Shown piece by piece: positions 21,848 through 29,020 of a stretch of DNA of 48,739 bases. Below the pieces are notes generated by a model, which was given only the letters and a program-made list of their open reading frames with translations, was not told where the DNA came from and searched no databases. The DNA lies in NCBI GenBank assembly GCA_031393555.1, contig JANMVW010000317.1:1-48739 (forward strand), written 5' to 3'. Each line of letters begins with the position of its first letter. Within the stretch, counting starts at the first letter, position 1. The position numbers and the translations under genes are program-made. This DNA is from Acidobacteriota bacterium. GTDB taxonomy: Bacteria > Acidobacteriota > Polarisedimenticolia > Polarisedimenticolales > DASRJG01.

Positions 21848-23014
21848 ATGAGCGTGATCCAGCGAGCCGAGCATCTGCGACGCCTGTCGAGCCTGACGCG
21901 GCAGTTCCCGGTCGTCGGGATCTTGGGCGCGCGCCAGGTCGGAAAGACGACTCTCGCCCGGCAGCTGGCCAAGGCGCATCGCGGACCGGTGACCTACTTC
22001 GATCTTGAGAGCGCCGAAGACCTGGCCCGGCTCTCGGATCCCTTGCTCGTGCTTCGGCCGCTGACGGGGCTCATCGTTCTCGACGAGGTTCAGAGGCGTC
22101 CAGACCTCTTCACGCAGCTGCGCGTGCTCGTGGACGAGCCGAAGACCCGCCGCAAGTTCCTCGTGCTCGGGAGCGCATCGCCCGAGCTGCTGCGACAGAC
22201 CTCGGAGACCCTGGCCGGACGCATCGCGTACCACGAGTTGGCGGGCTTGTCTCTCGAGGAAGTGGGTCGACAACACTGGTCGAAGCTGTGGCACCGGGGC
22301 GGGTTCCCGCGATCTTTTCTGGCGCGGTCCGAATCCGACAGTCTTCAGTGGCGCAAGGCCATGATCCGGACGTTCCTCGAGCGGGACATCCCGGCTCTTG
22401 GCTTGCGGATGCCTGCGGCCACGCTCCGGCGGTTCTGGATGATGCTGGCTCATTACCACGGACACGTGTGGAACGCTTCCGAGTTCGCTCGATCCTTCGG
22501 TGTCGCCCACACGACGGTGCAACGCTATCTCGATCTGCTCAGCGCAACTTTCATGGTTCGGCAGCTCCCCGCGTGGCACGAGAACATCGGCAAGCGGCAA
22601 GTCAAGGCTCCGAAGGTCTATCTGAGGGATAGCGGCCTGCTTCACGCGCTGCTCGGTCTCGACGCGGGTGGCGCCATCGAGTCGCATCCGAAAGTCGGCG
22701 CCTCGTGGGAGGGGTTCGCTCTCGATGCCGTCGTGACGCAACTCGGAGCGCTTCCGGAAGAGTGTCACTTCTGGGCGGCTCACTCCGGCGCGGAGCTCGA
22801 TCTTCTGATCGTCCGGGGCAACGTACGGCGTGGATTCGAGTTCAAGAGAACGACGTCTCCGGCGAAGACGCGCTCGATGCACGTCGCGCTCGAAGATCTC
22901 CGGCTGTCGTCGGTCGACGTTATCCACGCGGGATCGAATTCTTTCTCTTTGCACGCGAAGATCCGAGCGATCGCGCTGAGCCGTCTGCTCGAGGATCTCA
23001 AGCCGCTGAAGTAA
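21848..23014 (+). CDS. AAA+ ATPase, COG1373 type (AAA_14 + DUF4143)
   Basis: GARQVGKTT, IVLDEVQ, LGSAS, SETLAGRI, KAPKVYLRDSGLLH, ELDLL...FEFK; 388 aa. Confidence 0.92.
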   Translation: MSVIQRAEHLRRLSSLTRQFPVVGILGARQVGKTTLARQLAKAHRGPVTYFDLESAEDLARLSDPLLVLRPLTGLIVLDEVQRRPDLFTQLRVLVDEPKTRRKFLVLGSASPELLRQTSETLAGRIAYHELAGLSLEEVGRQHWSKLWHRGGFPRSFLARSESDSLQWRKAMIRTFLERDIPALGLRMPAATLRRFWMMLAHYHGHVWNASEFARSFGVAHTTVQRYLDLLSATFMVRQLPAWHENIGKRQVKAPKVYLRDSGLLHALLGLDAGGAIESHPKVGASWEGFALDAVVTQLGALPEECHFWAAHSGAELDLLIVRGNVRRGFEFKRTTSPAKTRSMHVALEDLRLSSVDVIHAGSNSFSLHAKIRAIALSRLLEDLKPLK

Positions 23015-23028
23015 CGACGCGTCAGCGG

Positions 23029-23130
23029 TTGCTCGCCTCAGGCGCCGCCATTCACTCGAGCACGCCCGGCCAGTTCTTGTCGGCCTTCGCCACGTACCCC
23101 GGGATGTCGAGCTGCCATTTTTTCTGCACG
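23029..23130. repeat. Direct repeat copy 2 (102 bp), 3' end of the intact YHS gene
   Basis: 101/102 identical to 21677-21778. Confidence 0.95.
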
Positions 23131-23516
23131 TCCAGGTCGTAGTTCAGGTAGAGCTTCCCCTCGACGATCGACCAAGCGTTCGGGTCGATATCGACGAGGC
23201 GCCCTTGCGAGACGGCGTAGGCGCAGTAGCCCCCGTATTGCGGGGCGTATTTCTCAGGCGTCTTCTTGAAGACATCGCGATGCTCGGCCGTGGCAAAGCG
23301 CCACTTGGCCCCCTTCCACTCGAACTCGAACTCCGCTTTTCCCGGCAGAGGCTTTCCGTCGACGAAGTAGGCGACCGGGTCGTAACCGTGGATCGCCTTG
23401 TTGCCGAAAAGCGTGGTGTTCACGGGGTCCTTGGACCAAGCGGCCGTGGGCACGACGAGGAACGACACAACCAACGCGACCAGGCCCGCGATGCGGGCTG
23501 CGGTGAAGGGCTTCAT
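23052..23516 (-). CDS. Exported YHS-domain protein
   Basis: SD AAGGAG; signal peptide; AIHGYDPVAYF, WRFAT, PEKYAPQYGGYCAYAV, IVEGKLYLNY. Confidence 0.9.
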   Translation of the reverse strand: MKPFTAARIAGLVALVVSFLVVPTAAWSKDPVNTTLFGNKAIHGYDPVAYFVDGKPLPGKAEFEFEWKGAKWRFATAEHRDVFKKTPEKYAPQYGGYCAYAVSQGRLVDIDPNAWSIVEGKLYLNYDLDVQKKWQLDIPGYVAKADKNWPGVLE

Positions 23517-23724
23517 GGGTTCTCCTTTGGATCCAGAAGGCTATCAGCCCTGTCGACGATCCTGCTGCACCATTCCGGCTCCATCCGTGCGCGGAAGCAA
23601 GAACAACCCTGGCCGAGGTTGCGGCGACGCAACCCAGTCGGACGTCGTTGCGTGGTTGGCATCTTCGTCGTTGCGGTACCCTCAGGTCGTCGGTCCCGAT
23701 CCACCGCTCCTCCTTGGTCGTTCC

Positions 23725-23753
23725 TTGACGCCACAGTTCCAGGGCCGTAGGCT
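23725..23753 (+). promoter_or_regulatory. Sigma70-type promoter of NYN unit 1
   Basis: TTGACG (23725-23730), 17-nt spacer, TAGGCT (23748-23753). Confidence 0.65.
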
Positions 23754-23759
23754 TCCGGC

Positions 23760-23834
23760 GGAACGAAAATTCCAATCCCCCCTATCCCTTCGCGGATAGG
23801 GTGCGAGGCTGCCGAAAGGCAGCCTCTGCTTTTT
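23760..23834 (+). ncRNA. Structured leader RNA: two hairpins plus U-tract (attenuator or small-RNA candidate)
   Basis: CCCTATCC-cttcgc-GGATAGGG (23780-23801); GAGGCTGCC-GAAA-GGCAGCCTC (23805-23826); TTTTT directly before GTG 23835. Confidence 0.55.
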
Positions 23835-24227
23835 GTGGCTCGCGCCAACGTCTACGTCGATGGGTTCAACCTCTACTACGGCTGTGTCAAAGACACGCCG
23901 TACAAGTGGCTCGACCCCGCAAGGCTTGCAGCTCTGCTGTTGCCTCGAGGCTGTCACGTCCATCGGGTCCGTTATTACACGGCTCGCGTGAGCGGACGCC
24001 CCGGAAATCTCAACGCGCCGAGGCGTCAGGAAACCTAGCGCATTGCACGTCGAGAATTCGGAATTCAAGTCGGTATCGGTTGCCCTCACGAACGTCCGAG
24101 TCAGGTCCTCCGGCGTCAGGCGGATTTCGTTCGACCGATACGCGTGGGCGTCCTGCGCGTCAGTCAACTCCCGACGACCCTGAGTGATGGCCACGGCACG
24201 TTTACGAAGCCCTCGTCATGGCGATGA
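23835..24227 (+). pseudogene. NYN/LabA-DUF88 (PIN-like) ribonuclease with internal deletion and in-frame stop
   Basis: N-terminus VYVDGFNLYYG...YKWLD...VRYYTA...RRQET, then TAG (24036-24038). The same frame continues with a NYN-like C-terminus RIARREFGIQVG...ADFVRPIRVGVLRVSQLPTTLSDGHGTFTKPSSWR*. The central EKxxDV and SxDxD motifs are absent. Confidence 0.8.
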
Positions 24228-25295
24228 CCGACTCAGGTCGAACACACTTCGCCACTCCCCGCCCAGCGACTTGTAAGTCGTCTCGGGCGCCCACACCTGA
24301 CCGCCGGTGTGCTCGACCTGGGCGTAGGCCCATCGCGTCACCTGCCGCGAAACGTCGAAGTCGAAGGGCAGGTGACGGGCGATGAAGCTCGCCGTAAGCT
24401 CGTCCTTCGCGTCCTCGTTGCGCCGGAGCCACCGTTCGAGGAAAGGCACGTCGGCCAGCAGGTCGCTCTTGCGCGAATTGCAGCCGTCATCCGCCAGGAC
24501 GAAGTTGTGGGCAAGATCGACCGGATACCGACGCCACGGCACAAAGTGGTCGACGGCCCCGCGCCCGCGCAGCCGGGCGTCGCAGTAGAAGCACTGATCC
24601 TTTTGCAGTGGGCCGAGAATCGTGCGGTAGTCCGAGAGGTCCGCGCGGGGTGTCCCGAAGAGAAACTCCTCGAGGTCGACGGCCTGCCCGAGTACGTCGT
24701 GGTTGGCGCCCAGCTGCCGGACGAACTGCGCCCATGCCGAACGGGCGAGGCCCGTGACGAGCGGATGGAATTGGCGCAGGTTGAACGCGACACCCGGTTT
24801 CAGGACGATGGCGGTACCGCGCTCCCGGTTCTCGTAAAGGAACTCCAGCTTGCGGCCCTTCAACGTCTGGAGCTTCCACAACGGCATGACGGCCACGACG
24901 TGCTTCACTTTGGCGATCAGCGACCTCCACTCGCGCGAATTTCGGCGGACCTCGACTTCGTAGGCCGACACCCGCTCGCGGACTTCGAAGACGCGGGTCA
25001 GAACCTCAGCCTGCTTCCCGGCGTTTTGCCGCAGGACCACCGCATCTTTGGCGCGTCCCGCGGGAGACCAGGGCGCAGCCTGGCGCCAGTAGTAGGCGAC
25101 GAACTTCTCGGCGATCTTCTCGATTGGGATTTCAAGCTCTCGTCCGTCGTCGACTTCGGACTCGATCGCGAGATCGGCGAGGGCTATCAGCAGCGCAAAC
25201 TTGTAGCTCGCCACGAACTGGCCTTCGTCGAGCAGCAGCTGGATGTTCGCGAGGAACGCGATCTGCTCGTCCGAGGTTGGCGGGCGAGACGTCAC
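24216..25295 (-). CDS. HNH endonuclease domain protein
   Basis: N-terminal ASYKFALL motif; C-terminal CFYC...VDHFVPW...HNFVLADDGCNSRKSD. GTGA-coupled to the HIT gene. Confidence 0.85.
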   Translation of the reverse strand: MTSRPPTSDEQIAFLANIQLLLDEGQFVASYKFALLIALADLAIESEVDDGRELEIPIEKIAEKFVAYYWRQAAPWSPAGRAKDAVVLRQNAGKQAEVLTRVFEVRERVSAYEVEVRRNSREWRSLIAKVKHVVAVMPLWKLQTLKGRKLEFLYENRERGTAIVLKPGVAFNLRQFHPLVTGLARSAWAQFVRQLGANHDVLGQAVDLEEFLFGTPRADLSDYRTILGPLQKDQCFYCDARLRGRGAVDHFVPWRRYPVDLAHNFVLADDGCNSRKSDLLADVPFLERWLRRNEDAKDELTASFIARHLPFDFDVSRQVTRWAYAQVEHTGGQVWAPETTYKSLGGEWRSVFDLSRSSP

Positions 25296-25678
25296 GGCTT
25301 CGTCCAGTAGTCGGCTTTCTCCGGAAGCACCCAGCGCACGCCCCCGCGCGGGTCCGGGCGGTCGCCGTCGTACCGCGGGATGAGATGCACGTGCAGATGG
25401 GAAACCGTCTGCCCGGCGGCAGCGCCGTCGTTGATGCCGATCGTCCAGCCGTCGGGCCGATGTGCCTGGACTACGGATTCTTTGGCGAGCTCCAGCGATT
25501 CAAGAATCGCGCGGCGTTCCTCGGGTGTCGTTTCGAAGAACGAGCCAACGTGACGGTGCGGAATGACGAGGACGTGACCCGGCGAAACGGGGAAGCCATC
25601 GCGTAGCACAAACACCAAGCTGTCGTCATGCAGGACGCGATCGCGATCCGGCCGACAGAACGGGCAGGCAACGCTCAA
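25292..25678 (-). CDS. HIT-family nucleotide hydrolase
   Basis: TTG start at 25678 after GGAGG; CPFC, DGFPVSPGHVLVIP, GINDGAAAGQTVSHLHVHLIPR; 128 aa. Confidence 0.92.
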   Translation of the reverse strand: MSVACPFCRPDRDRVLHDDSLVFVLRDGFPVSPGHVLVIPHRHVGSFFETTPEERRAILESLELAKESVVQAHRPDGWTIGINDGAAAGQTVSHLHVHLIPRYDGDRPDPRGGVRWVLPEKADYWTKP

Positions 25679-25852
25679 ACGGAGTCCTCCGTCGCAGGCA
25701 AGAGGCACGGATAAGGGATTGTAGGCGAGGTTGCGGAGAAGCAACCCATTTTGGATTTGATCCGGGCGGAAGAGTTCCACGACCGCGGTAAGCTTGGAAG
25801 GTCGGTCCTGGCGGCCCCCTCGTCGCCCGCTCTGCGCGGCGTCGGAACATCC

Positions 25853-25881
25853 TTGACGGTCGTTGGATCGGTCGGTAGATT
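25853..25881 (+). promoter_or_regulatory. Sigma70-type promoter of NYN unit 2
   Basis: TTGACG (25853-25858), 17-nt spacer, TAGATT (25876-25881). Confidence 0.65.
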
Positions 25882-25887
25882 CTTCGA

Positions 25888-25971
25888 CGTGCTTCCTCAC
25901 GGGGGAGCTTCAAACCGCCCCAGGGCCTGCGCGGCGCCATTCGGTTTCGAGCCGCCCTGGGTATTTTCTTC
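25888..25971 (+). ncRNA. Structured leader RNA: two stems plus U-rich tract
   Basis: GCTTCCT-cacg-GGGGAGC (25891-25908); CCCAGGGC (25919-25926) pairs with GCCCTGGG (25954-25961); then TATTTTCTTC and the TTG start. Confidence 0.5.
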
Positions 25972-26349
25972 TTGAGCGTCTGGGCGACACGCTCCATCGT
26001 GTTCATCGATGGCGCCAATCTGTATTCGTCCTTGAAGGCGAGCGGGATCTGGGCCAATCGCATCGACCCCTACAAGGTCGCGAAGAAGCTCGTCGAGCAG
26101 CGAGCCCTGATTGAAGTTCGTTATTACATCGCCGAGATCCAGCGGGCAGCGCCTGGCCGCGTCTATCGGGCTTTCCGCGAGTTGATAGCGCTGCTCGGTC
26201 GGCATGACGACGTACGAATCTGCACAGGGCATATTCAGGAAATCCAAGAGGCCAACCCTGCGTCACCCCATGTCGCAGGGCGACTGATCGACGTTTGCGA
26301 TGTGGCGATTCGGCTCGATCCGGACTGGTTTGAGGACTGTGGCCGATGA
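25972..26349 (+). pseudogene. NYN/LabA-DUF88 ribonuclease, probably internally deleted in frame
   Basis: IVFIDGANLY...EVRYY... is joined directly to a NYN-like C-terminus (ASPHVAGRLIDVCDVAIRLDPDWF). Only 125 aa, lacking the EKxxDV and SxDxD catalytic motifs. Confidence 0.65.
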
Positions 26350-26421
26350 CGCCGACGCCCCAATCGACCATCCAGGGAATCCATGTTAAGTTCCCCGCCT
26401 CGTCGCGAATTCGGGGAGGCT

Positions 26422-27069
26422 ATGGACACTGAGATGAATTTTCGGAGCTGGACTGTGAGAGCCGCAACGATGCTGCTCGTGATGGCCGTTTGGCACCTCC
26501 CGTCCTTATCTAAGGAAGGGGACGGGAACCTGGTGAGCCTCCGTTGGGCGGTGGGGGCTCTGGACGCCGCGGGCAACAAACCGACCGCGATCCGTCAGGA
26601 CACGAAGCTGGAGACGGGGACCAAGCTCAAGCTCCTCGTCGAGCCGCAGTCCAAGGGCTCGGTGTATCTCCTCCTCCTCGATTCGTCGGGCGAGTTGCAG
26701 GTGCTCTACCGAAAGTCGTCGTCCGTGACCAAGGCCGCCGACGGGAAGCCGACCTACATCCCGCCCGGGAGCCAGTGGTTCGAGCTCGAGAAGGGCGCGG
26801 GGATGGAGACGTTCTTCCTGCTCGCGTCGGTCGAACCTCTCAAGGAATTGGAAAAGCTGCTCGACAGCCATGCGCCCGCGCCTGCGGTCGTCGAGGAAGT
26901 CCGGCGGGTCAACAAGGCCAACCGCAATTTCGCGCGGCCGGTCGAGCGACCGGTGATGATCGGGGGACAAACCCGCGGCACGCAAGACACGGCCGGAGCG
27001 ATCGACCAGCTCGCCGTCGAGGTCGAGGCCGAGAAATTCTACGGAAAGACGATCACGATTGATCATTGA
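26422..27069 (+). CDS. Exported DUF4384-like protein
   Basis: SD GGGAGG before ATG 26422; signal-like helix; GTKLKL...VYLLLLDSSGELQVLY...YIPPGSQWFEL...GMETFFLLASVEPL. Confidence 0.7.
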   Translation: MDTEMNFRSWTVRAATMLLVMAVWHLPSLSKEGDGNLVSLRWAVGALDAAGNKPTAIRQDTKLETGTKLKLLVEPQSKGSVYLLLLDSSGELQVLYRKSSSVTKAADGKPTYIPPGSQWFELEKGAGMETFFLLASVEPLKELEKLLDSHAPAPAVVEEVRRVNKANRNFARPVERPVMIGGQTRGTQDTAGAIDQLAVEVEAEKFYGKTITIDH

Positions 27070-29020
27070 TTCGAGGAATCGCCCCCTCGTCACCGGGGCG
27101 CTGCTCGCGGCGGTGGCTCTCCTCGGATTCCTCGCCCTGCGCTCGCTTCCCGCCCTCTTCGAGCCGCTGAGCTTTCAAACGACCGATCGTCTGTTCGAGC
27201 TGCGCGCGCGCATCCCGTCGCTTTCGCCCAATCGGGACGATGCGGTCGTCCTGATCGATGTCGACGACAAGAGCCTAAAACAGATCGGCACCTTTTACCT
27301 CGGCCGTGAAGAAGAAGCCCGGCTCGTCCGCAACCTCGGGCTGGCGGGCGTGGCGGCGCAGGCGCACGACGTGATCTACGCGGCCCCGCTTCCGGGCGAC
27401 GAGGCGCTCCTCGCGGCGACGACCGGCGCCGGCAACGTCTACTTCGGGATGGCGGCCGGCTTGTCCGACGCGGCAGCGGCCTCCGTCTCGACGGGAGCGA
27501 TCCCCGAGCGCGATCGCTGGCGGCCCAAGATCGTCGGCGAGGCCTCGACGGTCTTTGCGGCAACGAGACCGTTGGTGACGTTCCCCCTGATCGCCACGGC
27601 CGCGAGGGGCCTCGGTTTTCTCGACATCCGCGTGGATCGCGACGGCGTCTATCGCCTCGCCCCGCTCCTCGGACGAGACGGCGACGCCTTCGTGCCGTCG
27701 CTGTCCCTGCGCGTCGTCTGCGACTACCTCGGCGTGACGCCCGATCGCATCGAAGTGGCGCCGGGGCGCGCCGTCACCCTGCGCGGCGCGCGACGGCCCG
27801 GGGGCGACGCGCCGCGCGATATCGTGATACCGATCGACGACCGCGGACGGATGGTCGTCAACTACCTCGGCGCATGGGAGTCCCTCAAGCACTATCCGGC
27901 CGGCGCGATCTGGGAGGCGTCCGACGATCGCTTCGCGATGATGGACCTCAAGGATGAGCTCCAGGGAAAACTGGCCTTTCTCACCTGGGTGACGAGCGGG
28001 AGCGGCGACGTCGGGCCGGTGCCCGGAGACCCGCAGTATCCGCTGGGTGGAATTCACGCGAACGTGATGAACACGATTCTTACCGGAAACTTCCTCCACC
28101 GGCTCACGCCCATGAAGACCTTCGCGGTGGTGACGCTCCCCCTGCTGTTGATCCTCTATGCCGCCTCGTTGCGATTGCGGACGCTGCCGTTTCTCGCCGC
28201 GGCGATCGGACTCGTCTTGCTGCACGCCGCGGGGGCGATGGCGGCCTTCCTCTGGGCCCATCTGATCGTGGACATCCCGGGGCCGATCCTGGTCCTCGTC
28301 GGCGGGACCATCGTCACGGCCGCGTACCACTACCACCTCGAATCCGAGGCGAGAGCGGTGCTGCGCAGCACGTTCGACGCGTATTTCCCTCCGCGGGTGG
28401 TCGATCGCATCCTCCATGCGTCGAGCGAGTTCGCGCTGGGCGCCCGCAAGCGGGAGATCTCGATACTCTTCAGCGACATCAAGGGGTTCACGCCCCTCAC
28501 GGCGGCGATGGATGCCGGCCACGTGAGAACCCTGCTCAACGAGTACTTCGGCCGCATGATCGAGATCGTCTTCCGCCACGAGGGCACCCTCGACAAGTTC
28601 CTGGGCGACGGGCTGATGGTCTTCTTCGGCGATCCCGAGGTCCAGCCCGATCACGCGGCGCGCTGCGTGGCGGCCGCGATCGAGATGCAGCAGGCCGCGC
28701 GGCAACTCGACCGGGAATGGCGGGCGCGCGGCGACATGCCGCTGGCGATCCGCGTCGGCATCAACACCGGAGAGGCGATCGTGGGGAACATGGGCTCGAC
28801 GCGGCGCCTGACCTACACGGCGCTCGGCAGGGCGGTCAACGTCGCCCAGCGCCTCGAGGCCAACGCGCCGGTGGGCGGTATCTTGATCTCGGAGCGGACC
28901 AACGTGCAGCTCGCCGGCGCCTGCAAGACCTTGCTCCGGGAGCCGATCCAGGTCAAAGGGATCGACGAGGACCTCGTGGTTTACGAAGTGATCCAGGACG
29001 CGGTGGGGGACGAGACGTGA
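27059..29020 (+). CDS. CHASE2-domain class III adenylate cyclase
   Basis: N-terminal TM; CHASE2 motifs VVLIDVDDKSL, DRDGVYR, GGIHAN; three TMs; cyclase motifs FSDIKGFT, DKFLGDG, GINTG, YT...VNVAQRLE. Confidence 0.92.
   Translation: MIIDSRNRPLVTGALLAAVALLGFLALRSLPALFEPLSFQTTDRLFELRARIPSLSPNRDDAVVLIDVDDKSLKQIGTFYLGREEEARLVRNLGLAGVAAQAHDVIYAAPLPGDEALLAATTGAGNVYFGMAAGLSDAAAASVSTGAIPERDRWRPKIVGEASTVFAATRPLVTFPLIATAARGLGFLDIRVDRDGVYRLAPLLGRDGDAFVPSLSLRVVCDYLGVTPDRIEVAPGRAVTLRGARRPGGDAPRDIVIPIDDRGRMVVNYLGAWESLKHYPAGAIWEASDDRFAMMDLKDELQGKLAFLTWVTSGSGDVGPVPGDPQYPLGGIHANVMNTILTGNFLHRLTPMKTFAVVTLPLLLILYAASLRLRTLPFLAAAIGLVLLHAAGAMAAFLWAHLIVDIPGPILVLVGGTIVTAAYHYHLESEARAVLRSTFDAYFPPRVVDRILHASSEFALGARKREISILFSDIKGFTPLTAAMDAGHVRTLLNEYFGRMIEIVFRHEGTLDKFLGDGLMVFFGDPEVQPDHAARCVAAAIEMQQAARQLDREWRARGDMPLAIRVGINTGEAIVGNMGSTRRLTYTALGRAVNVAQRLEANAPVGGILISERTNVQLAGACKTLLREPIQVKGIDEDLVVYEVIQDAVGDET

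Noticed and set aside
24036-24038. In-frame TAG in NYN-1 as programmed read-through or pyrrolysine
   Set aside because: It sits at the deletion junction. Read-through would still lack the catalytic core, and no pyl genes are present.
25679-25900. Upstream extension of the HIT ORF containing NGLLLR, a possible HNH remnant
   Set aside because: The motif is too short to support, and the region overlaps the NYN-2 promoter.
28717-29016. N-terminal extension of the CHAT ORF
   Set aside because: It overlaps the cyclase in another frame. GTG 29017 gives a coupled start and a signal peptide.
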